Shown: piece by piece, positions 1-10,814 of the stretch
Position numbering within the stretch: position 1 is the stretch's first letter
Layout: each line of letters starts with the position of its first letter
Assembly (NCBI GenBank): GCA_964475835.1
Contig: CAYYYL010000011.1
Coordinates: 22,494-86,493, forward strand
Reading direction: 5' to 3'
DNA length: 64,000 nt
From: an uncultured Verrucomicrobiota bacterium
GTDB taxonomy: Bacteria > Verrucomicrobiota > Verrucomicrobiia > JABWAM01
Position numbers and translations under genes: made by a program
Notes under the pieces: model-generated
What the model was told of the DNA's origin: nothing
Seen by the model: the letters and a program-made list of their open reading frames with translations, nothing else
The model's database searches: none

Positions 1-94
1 AGCTGCGGATTTCGCGGCGTGCCTGATACCGGGATCCCGCGCCTCCGTCGAAACCTTCAAAGGAGGGAGGGCTGAGGAAGAGTGTCTTTTTCAT
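1..94 (-). CDS. 5' end of a B12-binding radical SAM protein (HpnJ-like, hopanoid-associated); gene runs off the window
   Basis: Reverse complement of 1..94 translates MKKTLFLSPPSFEGFDGGAGSRYQARREIRS..., which resembles the N-terminus I recall for HpnJ-type radical SAM proteins. Sits directly downstream of the hpnA-like epimerase on the same strand. Confidence 0.45.
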   Translation of the reverse strand, partial: MKKTLFLSPPSFEGFDGGAGSRYQARREIRS

Positions 95-129
95 AGTTAG
101 TACCTGTCGTAAAATTCATTCACCGAAAA

Positions 130-1224
130 TCAATCCGCAAGGACCACCGCGGCATCCGGCACGGAAACCTCTCCGTGACCCGCAACCGCAGGAATCGGAA
201 CAAAACTCGAGGGAAGCGAGCGACTCAGATAACCATTCTCCGAGAACCATTGCACCGCCTTCCATAAGGCCGAACGCACCATCCCCGGACGATAACCCAG
301 TTCCTGCATCGCCTTGTCCGATTTGAAAAACATGTATTTGCGCGCCATGTACACCCCTTCGAGGGGAACCCGGGGGTCATCGCCACCCGTGAAACGGGTC
401 ATCGTTTCCGAGACATAGCCCGCCATCAGCGCAAAGGCATAGGGAAGCTTCCGCCTGGGTGCAGGGATCCCAGTGATACCGGAAAGCATGTGAAGCACTT
501 CATTCAAGCGCAAATTCTGATGCCCGAGAACGTAACGCTCCCCGACCCGGCCACGTTGCGCAGCCAGAATATGTCCCTCCGCCACATCCTCCACGTCCAC
601 AAAATTGAGCCCCGTGTCGAGGTACATGGGCATCCGTCCATTGATGAAATCCAGGACAATCCTGCCCGTCGGCGTCGGTTTTACATCATGAGATCCCACA
701 GGCGCACTGGGATTGACGATCACCACTGGCAGCCCCTTTTTCACAAACTGGAGGGCTTCCTGCTCAGCCAGAAATTTCGATTTCTTATAGTGGCCCGTTC
801 GCTTTTCAAGCTTGAGAAAGGAACGTTCGTCCGCCGGACGGCTATCCCCGTCATTCAACTGAATCGTTCCAACGGTGCTGGTATAAACCACACGATCCAC
901 CCGGGCATCCAACGCCGCTTGGAGCACGTTCTGGGTCCCCTGCACATTGGTTGCATACATCGCACGGGGATCCCTTGTCCAAAGGCGATAGTCCGCCGCC
1001 GCATGAAACACCACGTCAGCCCCATCCATTCCTTTGCGAAGCACATCCATCCGACTCAAATCCCCCGCAACCCATTCCACGGGAAGATGTTCCAATCCAT
1101 CCCGGCGACTTGTTGGACGCGCCAGGGCACGCACCTGAAAGCCACGCTGGATCAATCGTCTGGCGATGTGTCCCCCAATAAAACCTGTGGCTCCGGTGAT
1201 GAATGCAGTCGGCATGCGTTCCAA
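130..1224 (-). CDS. hpnA: NAD-dependent sugar epimerase/dehydratase, hopanoid-associated (HpnA-like)
   Basis: 364 aa; N-terminal Rossmann motif ITGATGFIGGHIARRL; extended SDR (dihydroflavonol reductase-like) architecture; adjacent to HpnJ-like fragment. Confidence 0.7.
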   Translation of the reverse strand: MERMPTAFITGATGFIGGHIARRLIQRGFQVRALARPTSRRDGLEHLPVEWVAGDLSRMDVLRKGMDGADVVFHAAADYRLWTRDPRAMYATNVQGTQNVLQAALDARVDRVVYTSTVGTIQLNDGDSRPADERSFLKLEKRTGHYKKSKFLAEQEALQFVKKGLPVVIVNPSAPVGSHDVKPTPTGRIVLDFINGRMPMYLDTGLNFVDVEDVAEGHILAAQRGRVGERYVLGHQNLRLNEVLHMLSGITGIPAPRRKLPYAFALMAGYVSETMTRFTGGDDPRVPLEGVYMARKYMFFKSDKAMQELGYRPGMVRSALWKAVQWFSENGYLSRSLPSSFVPIPAVAGHGEVSVPDAAVVLAD

Positions 1225-1305
1225 GGATGATGTTCGTTTTAAGAGAGGATGTCAACGCTCCAAGCCGAAACCAAACCATGCCAAAGATCCCTTCCTCGAG
1301 CCTCG

Positions 1306-2013
1306 CTACACCACATCCCGTAGTGTGAAATTGTTTTCGTAGAGCGCTTTTCCCACAATAACCCCTTCCAGGTTGGCGTGTCGCAAAGTTTGTAAGGCAC
1401 GGACATCCGCCACGGTTCCCACCCCTCCGGAGGCAATCACCCGACAGGGAACGGAAACACAAAGTCTTCCAATACTGGCCAGGGGGGGACCGGAAAGCAT
1501 CCCGTCGGTCTGCACATCGGTAAAAACAATGCGGGCCGCCCCCATGGCACTCACCTTGCGGGCGAACTCAAAGGCATCCAGTCCGGACTTTTGAGTCCAG
1601 CCTTCAATCGCCACCTTTCCATCCCGTGCATCGATACCGACCACGATTTCCTGACTGAATTCCGCCAGCATGCGATCCAGAAAAGGTTCTGAAAGGGCCT
1701 TGGTTCCCAATACCACACGCGCCACCCCGCAACCCAATGCCTTTTCAACCGCCTCGGGGGAACGCAATCCTCCCCCCAACTGGATCGGACATTTCACACT
1801 CGCGCAAATCTTTGCCACCCAGTCGAGATTGGCCTGGGTTCCGGTAAAGGCACCATCAAGGTCCACCACATGAATCACACCCGCGCCCTGTTCCTCCCAC
1901 TGGCGGGCCATGGCCACCGGATCATCCGAGTAAACGGTGACCTCGTCCTTTTTTCCCTGTTTCAGGCGAACACACTTGCCGTCCTTCAAATCAATGGCGG
2001 GAATGACAAACAT
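1306..2013 (-). CDS. hisA: ProFAR isomerase (phosphoribosylformimino-AICAR-P isomerase)
   Basis: 235 aa; MFVIPAIDLKDGKCVRL N-terminus and SGGVGTVADV C-terminal phosphate-binding motif typical of HisA. Confidence 0.9.
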   Translation of the reverse strand: MFVIPAIDLKDGKCVRLKQGKKDEVTVYSDDPVAMARQWEEQGAGVIHVVDLDGAFTGTQANLDWVAKICASVKCPIQLGGGLRSPEAVEKALGCGVARVVLGTKALSEPFLDRMLAEFSQEIVVGIDARDGKVAIEGWTQKSGLDAFEFARKVSAMGAARIVFTDVQTDGMLSGPPLASIGRLCVSVPCRVIASGGVGTVADVRALQTLRHANLEGVIVGKALYENNFTLRDVV

Positions 2014-2222
2014 AAGACGGCAAGCTTCATGCCTTAAGCCGCAAGCCTCAAGAACAAAGTCGTGCGAAATGCCGTGGAAAGCTACAGTCCTCTTTCGTTT
2101 TCAGCAAGCTGTTGGAAGCCTACATTCTCTCATTTAAAATCAAAACTTTCCCGGGACATCTATTCCTTCCGATTTCGGAAAAAGATTTGCACGAACGGTG
2201 GCTTTGCCTTTACTGATACGAC

Positions 2223-3218
2223 ATGGACGCGTTGCCAACCAGCACCCGGGTCATAGCGTACCACCGACATGGTTCGCCAGGTGAAGTCGCATCGCTGGAG
2301 GAACAGGATCTCCCCCAAATCCAGGATGACGATGTGCTCATCCGGATGAAGCTCGCCCCTGTCAATCCGGCCGATCTGAACATGCTGGAGGGCACATACG
2401 GCGAGCTTCGTCAGTTGCCCGCCATCGCGGGAAATGAAGGCGTCGGAGAAATTGTGGAATGCGGTCCGGGCGTCACTCTGAACCCCGGGCAGAAGGTGAA
2501 ACCCGCACTCGGCATCGGCACGTGGCGTGAATGGCTGGTCATCCCATCCTCAGATCTCGTCATTTTCCCCCCGTTTCTCGCCGACGAACAGGCCGCCATG
2601 TTGATGGTCAATCCTCCCACCGCGTGGCGGATGCTCGAGGATTTTGTGCCCCTACAGCCCGGCGACTGGGTGGTCCAAAATGGTGCCAATTCCGCCGTCG
2701 GTCGACTTGTCATCCAGCTCGCCAAACAACGGGGCATCCACACCGTGAATCTGGTTCGTCGCACGGGGCTGGAGCAGGATTTGCGCGCGCTCGGAGCGGA
2801 CGTCGTCATCACGGAGGATCGCGATGGCCTCCGCCACCTCGCGGAAATCGCCGCCAAGAAAGATATTCGCCTCGGGTTGAACTGCATTGGAGGGGAAAGC
2901 GCCGTACACATCGCCAATACGCTCATCGCCCGTGGAACGATGGTCACTTACGGCGCCATGAGCCGCCAGCCATTCCGCATTCCCGCCAAAATTCTGATCT
3001 TCAAGGATATTCGCGTCCGGGGATTCTGGCTCACGGCCTGGTACCGCACCGCGAGCCAGCGGAAGATCGATGAGATGTTCCATGCGCTCTATCACCTCTT
3101 CGCGCAGGGCAAACTTCAAATTCCCATCGCCAGGACTTACGGAATCGAAGACTACCGTCTCGCCCTCACCCATGCCATGACGGGTGGCCGCGAGGGCAAG
3201 GTGCTGTTTCGTTTTTGA
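2223..3218 (+). CDS. MDR-superfamily oxidoreductase, trans-2-enoyl thioester reductase (MECR/ETR1-like)
   Basis: 331 aa; NPADLNMLEGTYG motif and NGANSAVG nucleotide-binding motif characteristic of MECR-type quinone oxidoreductase-like enzymes. Confidence 0.65.
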   Translation: MDALPTSTRVIAYHRHGSPGEVASLEEQDLPQIQDDDVLIRMKLAPVNPADLNMLEGTYGELRQLPAIAGNEGVGEIVECGPGVTLNPGQKVKPALGIGTWREWLVIPSSDLVIFPPFLADEQAAMLMVNPPTAWRMLEDFVPLQPGDWVVQNGANSAVGRLVIQLAKQRGIHTVNLVRRTGLEQDLRALGADVVITEDRDGLRHLAEIAAKKDIRLGLNCIGGESAVHIANTLIARGTMVTYGAMSRQPFRIPAKILIFKDIRVRGFWLTAWYRTASQRKIDEMFHALYHLFAQGKLQIPIARTYGIEDYRLALTHAMTGGREGKVLFRF

Positions 3219-3232
3219 AGATCTGTCGGGAC

Positions 3233-3844
3233 TCAGGCCCGAAGATTCACAAAGTTCTCGAGAAGTCGAAGCCCCACCGCCTGACTCTTCTCCGGGTGAA
3301 ACTGGCACGCGAAGACGTTGTCCCTCCACACCATCGATGCAAAGGACACTCCATACTCCGTCCGGGTTGCGACGATGCCGGCATCCTCCGGCTCGGGATA
3401 ATAAGAGTGCACAAAATAAACATGGCTTTCATCCGCAACCCCCTTGAAAAGCGGACACTCCGGACGTTGAATACGGATTTGATTCCAGCCGATCTGCGGC
3501 ACCTTCAATGCACCCTTTGCAAAACGAACCACCTTCCCGCGAAAAATCCCGAGGCCAGCCACTCCCTCCGCCTCCTCGCTCCCCTCGAATAACGCCTGGT
3601 ATCCGAGGCAGATGCCCAGAAACGGTTTCCCGCTTTGAATGAAACGTTGAACAGCATCGATCATTCCGTGTTCCGCGAGGTTTCGCATGCAATCCCCAAA
3701 CGCGCCCACTCCAGGCAGGACAAGACGATCCGCGCCGGCAAGCTCTCCGCTCTTCTGAACCACACGCACCTCGCCCCCCACCTTTTGAAGGGCCTTCTCC
3801 ACACTCCGCAAATTCCCCATTCCGTAATCAATCAGTGCAATCAT
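3233..3844 (-). CDS. hisH: imidazole glycerol phosphate synthase, glutamine amidotransferase subunit
   Basis: Start moved to internal Met (MIALIDYGMGNLRSV); catalytic GICLGYQ cysteine motif and HSYY/ QFHPEKS motifs. Upstream 28 codons of the ORF-track frame are not HisH-like. Confidence 0.85.
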   Translation of the reverse strand: MIALIDYGMGNLRSVEKALQKVGGEVRVVQKSGELAGADRLVLPGVGAFGDCMRNLAEHGMIDAVQRFIQSGKPFLGICLGYQALFEGSEEAEGVAGLGIFRGKVVRFAKGALKVPQIGWNQIRIQRPECPLFKGVADESHVYFVHSYYPEPEDAGIVATRTEYGVSFASMVWRDNVFACQFHPEKSQAVGLRLLENFVNLRA

Positions 3845-3914
3845 TGAAAGTGGTAAGTGATCGTGGAAAGCTGTCCTCGAACGATTCGTGCAAAACAAAA
3901 ATTTACCATGATCG

Positions 3915-4988
3915 TCAAAACCGTTCAATCAAAGCAGTCACAATCCGTTCCGCCGTTTTTCCGTCCCAGAGGGGAATCGCTTTGGGCTTCTTCCAGTTAC
4001 CCTTCAAAATTCCGACCAATCTCCGGAGCGCTCGATCATAATCTTCACCCATAAGCTCCGCAGTTCCACGATCCACACAAATCGGCCTTTCCGTCGTCGT
4101 CCGCATGATCAGACAGGGAACTCCCAGATGCGTGGTTTCCTCCTGGATTCCACCGCTGTCAGTAACCACCGCCCGGGCAGTTCGCATTCGCCCGACAAAT
4201 TCGAAATATCCCAGAGGCTCGCATACGGATAGACCTGGAATCCGCTGCAACCTCTTCCAAAGTCCGAACTGTTCCATCCGAACCCGGGTTCGGGGATGCA
4301 GGGGAAGACGCACGGGAACCAGCGACGAGGCGTCTCTCAGAAAACCGACAAGACGCTTCAACCCCATCCGGTTGTCCACATTCGAGGGCCGATGGAACGT
4401 CATCAGGGCAAATTCATCCTTGAAAACCGGCGCAGAACGAAGCGCCGTGACCAGGGAATCGATCATCACATTTCCCACCCGTACAATCCTCCGGGATGAT
4501 ATCCCTTCAGCTCTCAGGTTGGCATCCCCATCCGGGGAAGGGGTCAGCAGCAGATCAGAGATTCGATCGGTGAGAATGCGATTGATCTCCTCCGGCATTT
4601 TCATGTCACGGCTTCGCAATCCCGCCTCCACATGCACCACCGGCAGATGGAGCTTGGAGGCAGCAAGCGCCATCGCAATCGTGGAATTGACGTCACCCAC
4701 CACAATCACCGCACGGGGCTTCAACTTGATCAAAATCTGTTCCCCCCGTTCCAGTACCCGGGCGGTGGTCTCGGCATGAGACCCGCTTCCCACCCCCAAA
4801 CTATAGTGGGGACGTCCCAATTTGAGCTGTTTAAGGAAAACGTCGCTTAACGCCGGATCATGGTGCTGGCCTGTATTGAGCAGGCGGAATGGAATCCCTC
4901 GTTGACGAAACACGCGCGCCATCGGCGCGACTTTCATGAAATTGGGTCGTGCGCCCGCGACAAGGAGAAAGGGAGAGGGAGAGTTCAA
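3915..4988 (-). CDS. wecB: UDP-N-acetylglucosamine 2-epimerase (non-hydrolysing)
   Basis: 357 aa; FLLVAGARPNFMKVAPM N-terminus, HVEAGLRS and DSGGIQEE motifs of WecB/MnaA family. Confidence 0.85.
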   Translation of the reverse strand: MNSPSPFLLVAGARPNFMKVAPMARVFRQRGIPFRLLNTGQHHDPALSDVFLKQLKLGRPHYSLGVGSGSHAETTARVLERGEQILIKLKPRAVIVVGDVNSTIAMALAASKLHLPVVHVEAGLRSRDMKMPEEINRILTDRISDLLLTPSPDGDANLRAEGISSRRIVRVGNVMIDSLVTALRSAPVFKDEFALMTFHRPSNVDNRMGLKRLVGFLRDASSLVPVRLPLHPRTRVRMEQFGLWKRLQRIPGLSVCEPLGYFEFVGRMRTARAVVTDSGGIQEETTHLGVPCLIMRTTTERPICVDRGTAELMGEDYDRALRRLVGILKGNWKKPKAIPLWDGKTAERIVTALIERF

Positions 4989-5060
4989 GGTTCACCGTTT
5001 AAACTTCAAAGCCGTCTCTGGCAACTCGGATCCGTCGTCTCTTTCATCCTTTAAAAAAAG

Positions 5061-5137
5061 TGGCGGTCGCGACGAGGCTCGAACTCGCAACCTCCGCCGT
5101 GACAGGGCGGCGCTCTAACCAATTGAGCTACGCGACC
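5061..5137 (-). tRNA. tRNA-Asp (anticodon GTC), CCA encoded
   Basis: Reverse complement GGTCGCGTAGCTCAATTGGTTAGAGCGCCGCCCTGTCACGGCGGAGGTTGCGAGTTCGAGCCTCGTCGCGACCGCCA folds as cloverleaf. It has a 7-bp acceptor stem, a D arm GCTC/GAGC, an anticodon stem CCGCC/GGCGG with loop CTGTCAC, and a T arm with TTCGAGC loop. Confidence 0.9.
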
Positions 5138-5339
5138 GAAAGGAACGCATACTCTATCTTGAGTCCCGGCCTCTTGCCAAGCTGCAAATTTGTTGGGTAC
5201 CGGCTCAGTTTGAAATTATTTTGAGGTTGTGACTAAAAATCAGGGACCGGTAGCCTGCCGCGTCCCTGCGGCAGGTCAACAGGTTCCCCCTTTTTATTTT
5301 CGCATTGGCTCCCTTTCTCCCCTCATCCATGCTCGTGCC

Positions 5340-6494
5340 ATGGGGAAACCCCGATGGATTTTGCACGTGGACATGGATGCGTTTTACGCCTCCGTGGAGG
5401 AGCGCGATCATCCGGAATACCGGGGAACTCCCCTCATGATCGGAGCCGCTCCGAATCAAAGGGGGATCATCTCCACTTGCAACTATGTTGCCCGCAAGTT
5501 CGGCGTTCATTCAGCCATGCCCTCCCGCACAGCGGGAAAACTCTGTCCCGGCGGGATCTTCATCCCCCCCGACATGGCCAAGTATAGTCAGGAATCCCGT
5601 CAGATCATGAAGGTGCTCCAATCCTTCACGCCGGATGTGGAACAAGTGTCGATCGACGAAGCCTTCCTCGACGTCACGCACGTCGAACAACTCTGGGGCA
5701 ACCCCGTCCAGCTCGCCAAACGCATCAAACATCAGATCCAGCAGGAACGAGGCCTGACCGCCAGCATTGGGATCGCCCCGAACAAGTTTCTTGCCAAACT
5801 CGCCAGTGATCTGGAAAAGCCGGACGGCCTCACCCTCATCACGGAGGAGAACAAGCTCGAAGTGCTTGCCCCGCTCCCGGTGGAAAAAATCTGGGGCGTG
5901 GGCAAGGTGACCCGAAAATTTCTGACCGATCACGGATTTCATACCATGGGGGATATTCAAAAAGCCGACCTGCGGGATTTGAAATCCATCCTGGGAAACC
6001 ACGCGGAGCACATCTACCTCCTCGCCCGCGGAGAGGATGAGCGCGACGTCGAAATCGAAAGTGAAGCCAAGTCGATCAGCAGCGAACACACTTTCGACAT
6101 CGACACCAACAACTCCTCGCTCCTGCTGCGAACCCTTATGTCCCAGGCCGAGGAAATTGCCCGCCAGCTCCGCCACGAACGCCTCGCGGCACGTACCGTC
6201 ATCCTCAAACTGCGTTACAGCGACTTCACCACCCTCACCCGGCGGAAAACCCTTCCCCAGGCGACCCAGGACGAAATCCATATCTATGATCAGGCGGTGA
6301 CCCTCTTTACCGCGGAGAAAACCGGTCAGAGCAGGATCCGATTGATCGGGATCGGAACCACCAACTTCGTCAACGCCCACTTCCAGCCGGATTTCTTCGA
6401 CACCCTTTCCGAGAAACGCATGCGCCTCGCCTCCGCCGTGGACGTGATCCGCGCTCGTCTCGGATCCAACGCCATTCAACGTCCCGTGGAATAG
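5340..6494 (+). CDS. dinB: DNA polymerase IV (Y-family translesion polymerase)
   Basis: Start at internal Met MGKPRWILHVDMDAFYASVEE (catalytic DMDAFYASVE motif); palm/fingers/little-finger layout; the preceding 37 codons of the ORF frame are not DinB-like. Confidence 0.9.
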   Translation: MGKPRWILHVDMDAFYASVEERDHPEYRGTPLMIGAAPNQRGIISTCNYVARKFGVHSAMPSRTAGKLCPGGIFIPPDMAKYSQESRQIMKVLQSFTPDVEQVSIDEAFLDVTHVEQLWGNPVQLAKRIKHQIQQERGLTASIGIAPNKFLAKLASDLEKPDGLTLITEENKLEVLAPLPVEKIWGVGKVTRKFLTDHGFHTMGDIQKADLRDLKSILGNHAEHIYLLARGEDERDVEIESEAKSISSEHTFDIDTNNSSLLLRTLMSQAEEIARQLRHERLAARTVILKLRYSDFTTLTRRKTLPQATQDEIHIYDQAVTLFTAEKTGQSRIRLIGIGTTNFVNAHFQPDFFDTLSEKRMRLASAVDVIRARLGSNAIQRPVE

Positions 6495-6539
6495 TAAGCC
6501 CCCATTTTTGAGCGGGACAAAAGCCGTAAATTCGTCAAA

Positions 6540-6899
6540 GTGTTCTTCATGGATTTTCCCCGCCACGAAAAAACGCTACTGATCCGGCCCGAGTTTCTCA
6601 ATCACGCTGGAAGTCTCTTTGGCGGAAACATGATGCGCTGGGCGGATGACATGGCCTTCAACGCCGCATCCCTCGCCTACCCCTCGGCCAGCTTCGTCAC
6701 CAAACTCTTCGGTCAGTTCGATTTCAAAGCTGCCGTGGGTCAGGGCACCATTATCAAAATCTTCAGTCAGGTCGTCGGAGTCGGAACCACCTCCTGCAAA
6801 GTGGATGTCTGGGCGGTGAATGCAAAAACCCAGCAGGAAGTCTTCCGGACCTTTGCTGTCATGGTAAATGTCCAGAATGGAAAGAAAACCCCGCTTTGA
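6540..6899 (+). CDS. acyl-CoA thioesterase, hotdog fold (YciA-like)
   Basis: 119 aa; LFGGNMMRWADDMAFNAA motif typical of YciA/4HBT-family thioesterases. Confidence 0.65.
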   Translation: MFFMDFPRHEKTLLIRPEFLNHAGSLFGGNMMRWADDMAFNAASLAYPSASFVTKLFGQFDFKAAVGQGTIIKIFSQVVGVGTTSCKVDVWAVNAKTQQEVFRTFAVMVNVQNGKKTPL

Positions 6900-7037
6900 C
6901 AAGCTGCTAACCCACGATGGGGGATCTTCAACGCTTCGGCTACTTCTTCCAAAGCTCATCCCACCCTTTTGCCTTCCAGCTTCAGAGAGTCCATCCGAGG
7001 CTTTTACCCCTGGGTCAAGTAGTTTGGAGGGGATTAA

Positions 7038-8207
<1,170 letters not shown>

Positions 8208-8210
8208 TCT

Positions 8211-8260
8211 TGTAGCGGCGGTCTGTGACCGCCGGTTAAAGTTCATTGGACGCCGCTACA
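8211..8260 (+). repeat. nested palindromic element (TGTAGCGGCGGTC family) between gap and pgk
   Basis: TGTAGCGGCG-GTCTGTGACC-GCCG...CGCCGCTACA: 10-bp outer stem enclosing GGCGGTC/GACCGCC hairpin; 13-mer TGTAGCGGCGGTC recurs at 59934. Confidence 0.5.
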
Positions 8261-8275
8261 ACAAATCCTTCAACC

Positions 8276-9499
8276 ATGCCTAAACTCTCGATTCGTGATC
8301 TCGATGTGCGCGGCCAGCGCGTGCTGGTGCGTGTGGATTTCAACGTTCCTCTCGACGCCGAGGGGAAGATCACCGACGAGAGTCGCATACGTGCCGCTTT
8401 GCCGACGATCGACTACCTGCTCGAACACGGCGCCAAGGTAATTCTATGCAGTCACCTGGGACGCCCGAAGGGCAAGCCGGATCCCTCCATGAGCCTGCGT
8501 CCCGTGGCGCAACGCCTCTCGGATCTGCTCCTTCGTCCCGTCGCCTTCGTAGACGCATGCGTGGGCGAAAAAGTGGAGAAGACCCTGTCGATCATGCAGA
8601 ACGGGGATTGCATTCTCCTTGAAAACCTCCGTTTCCATGCGGAGGAGGAGGCTAATGACGCGGGTTTTGCGAAGCAGCTGGGATCGTTTGCGGATCTCTT
8701 CATCAACGATGCATTCGGAACCGCCCACCGCGCACACGCCTCGACGGAAGGGGTGACGCATCACGTCAAGAAGTCTGCCACAGGATTCCTGATGGAAAAG
8801 GAGTTGAAATATCTCGGCGACGAGCTCAACAAGCCCGATCATCCCTTTATCTCGATCCTCGGCGGCGCGAAGGTGAGCGATAAGATCAACGTCATCGAAT
8901 CCCTTCTCGAAAAAGCCGACACGCTCGTGATCGGTGGCGCCATGGCCTACACGTTCCTGAAGAGTCAGGGAATCGGTGTGGGATCCTCCCTCGTGGAGGA
9001 TGACCGCCTCGATGTCAGCAAGAAGGTGCTTGCCGTTGCCAAGCAGAAGGGCAAGACCATTCTCCTCCCGATCGACCACGTCGTGGCCCAGCGCGTCGAG
9101 ACGGACAAGCTGGACAAAAAGGGCAAAAAGATTGTGGAATTTCAAAACGCGAAGGCAACCTCCTCCGCCACCATCGACAAGGACTGGTGCGGTGTGGATA
9201 TCGGCCCCAAAACCCTCGAAGCCTATCAAAAGGCGATGAGCGGTGCGAAGATGGTGCTGTGGAACGGACCCATGGGCATCTTTGAGAACAAGGACTTCGC
9301 CAAGGGCACCTTTGAGGTGGCCCGCGCCGTCGCCAGCAGTGGCGCCAAATCCATCGTGGGTGGTGGAGACTCCGTCAAAGCCATTCACAAGAGCGGGCTG
9401 GCTGAAAAAATCACCTTCCTCAGCACCGGCGGAGGTGCTTCGCTGGAATTCCTGGAAGGCAAGACTCTTCCCGGTGTGGCCGCCCTCTCCGATAAATAA
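8276..9499 (+). CDS. pgk: phosphoglycerate kinase
   Basis: Start at ATG (MPKLSIRDLDVRGQRVLVRVDFNVP); ORF-track start at 8246 is a TTG; glycolytic gap-pgk-tpiA order. Confidence 0.95.
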   Translation: MPKLSIRDLDVRGQRVLVRVDFNVPLDAEGKITDESRIRAALPTIDYLLEHGAKVILCSHLGRPKGKPDPSMSLRPVAQRLSDLLLRPVAFVDACVGEKVEKTLSIMQNGDCILLENLRFHAEEEANDAGFAKQLGSFADLFINDAFGTAHRAHASTEGVTHHVKKSATGFLMEKELKYLGDELNKPDHPFISILGGAKVSDKINVIESLLEKADTLVIGGAMAYTFLKSQGIGVGSSLVEDDRLDVSKKVLAVAKQKGKTILLPIDHVVAQRVETDKLDKKGKKIVEFQNAKATSSATIDKDWCGVDIGPKTLEAYQKAMSGAKMVLWNGPMGIFENKDFAKGTFEVARAVASSGAKSIVGGGDSVKAIHKSGLAEKITFLSTGGGASLEFLEGKTLPGVAALSDK

Positions 9500-9523
9500 A
9501 CATCTTTCCGACTGAAAAATTCT

Positions 9524-10306
9524 ATGAGAACGCGTCGTCCCATTATCGCCGGCAACTGGAAAATGTTCAAAACGGTCCATGAGGCCGAAGCCCTGGTCAA
9601 GGATCTCCTCCTGGAACTCCAGGACAGCAGCGATCTCGACGTCGTCCTCTGCCCTCCCTTCACCGCCCTCTCGAAGGTCGCAGACATGGTTTCGAACACA
9701 AACATCCGCGTCGGAGCCCAGGACATGCATTGGGAAAAAGAGGGCGCTTTCACGGGGGAAATCTCCGCGACCATGCTTCGCGATGTCTACTGCCGCTACG
9801 TGATCCTCGGACACAGTGAGCGCCGCCAATATTTCGGCGAAACAGACCAGACGGTGAACAAGAAAGCCAAAGCCGCCCTTGCCGCAAGCCTCCGCCCCAT
9901 CATTTGTGTGGGCGAAACGCTCGAACAGCGCGAGAAACAGGATTTCAAGGCGATCATCTCGAAGCAGGTGCGTGAGAGCCTCGCCGGCATCGCGGGTGAA
10001 TCCGCCGACGAAATCGTGGTTGCCTACGAACCCGTATGGGCCATCGGCACCGGCCGCACCGCGAGCCCCGCCCAGGCACAAGAAGTGCATGCGTTGATTC
10101 GCAGCACGTTGAGCGACGTTCTCGGCGCCAAGAACGCCAGCAAGGTTCGAATCCAGTACGGAGGGAGTGTGAAACCCGCAAACGCCGCGGAAATTCTCTC
10201 CCAACCGGACATCGACGGAGCCCTCGTGGGTGGCGCAAGCCTCGAAGCTCGCGGCTTCGCCGCCATTGTCCGCGCAGCCCAACAACCCGCCCCCGCCGCT
10301 TGTTAA
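9524..10306 (+). CDS. tpiA: triosephosphate isomerase
   Basis: 260 aa; IIAGNWKM N-terminus, GHSERR catalytic motif, AYEPVWAIGTG. Confidence 0.95.
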   Translation: MRTRRPIIAGNWKMFKTVHEAEALVKDLLLELQDSSDLDVVLCPPFTALSKVADMVSNTNIRVGAQDMHWEKEGAFTGEISATMLRDVYCRYVILGHSERRQYFGETDQTVNKKAKAALAASLRPIICVGETLEQREKQDFKAIISKQVRESLAGIAGESADEIVVAYEPVWAIGTGRTASPAQAQEVHALIRSTLSDVLGAKNASKVRIQYGGSVKPANAAEILSQPDIDGALVGGASLEARGFAAIVRAAQQPAPAAC

Positions 10307-10330
10307 TCAAGCGTCGAACCCCTCCCCCCT

Positions 10331-10783
10331 ATGACCACTTTTCTCATTGGTTTTCTTCTGACGGTTCACGTCCTCACCTGCATCCTTTTGCTTCTCATCA
10401 TTCTGATGCAGCAGCCCCGAAGCGAAGGTCTGGGAACCGCTTTCGGCGGAGGCGTGGCAGACACCCTCTTCGGTTCCAATGCCGGAAATGTGCTCACCAA
10501 GATCACGACAGGCCTGACGGTCACGTTCTTCCTGACCACCTTCAGTCTTGCCTGGCTCTACAGCCATCGGAACACCTCCACAGATCTCGAGCGTCGACTC
10601 CGCACGCCCGTGGCAGCCGAGATGGACACCAACGCCCCTTTTGCCTCCACCAATGGAGCCCCCATCACCCTTCCGCTTCAGCCCGCCAACAAACAGCTCC
10701 TGCCGCTTACTCCTTCGACCAGCACTCCCACGACACCGGAATCTCCCAAGGCCCCGGTGAAGGATGGGAAACCTTCGAAATAA
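10331..10783 (+). CDS. secG: preprotein translocase subunit SecG
   Basis: 150 aa; hydrophobic N-terminus LLLLIILMQQPRSEGLGTAFGGG typical of SecG; classical position after tpiA; Pro/Thr-rich tail. Confidence 0.8.
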   Translation: MTTFLIGFLLTVHVLTCILLLLIILMQQPRSEGLGTAFGGGVADTLFGSNAGNVLTKITTGLTVTFFLTTFSLAWLYSHRNTSTDLERRLRTPVAAEMDTNAPFASTNGAPITLPLQPANKQLLPLTPSTSTPTTPESPKAPVKDGKPSK

Positions 10784-10814
10784 AGTCGTTCTCACGTCAT
10801 CGATATGACGGAGA

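Noticed and set aside
5061-5137. tRNA-Asp as a genomic-island integration site
   Set aside because: No integrase, no direct repeat of the tRNA 3' end, and no compositional break noticed nearby. Flanking wecB and dinB look native.
5511-6566. 351-aa minus-strand ORF antisense to dinB
   Set aside because: Fully embedded in the DinB coding region on the other strand. Low-complexity Gly/Glu/Val composition.
8444-10285. 613-aa minus-strand ORF spanning pgk and tpiA
   Set aside because: Antisense to two unmistakable glycolytic genes. Composition is Gly/Ala/Arg-rich as expected for an antisense frame in high-GC DNA, and it has no motif.
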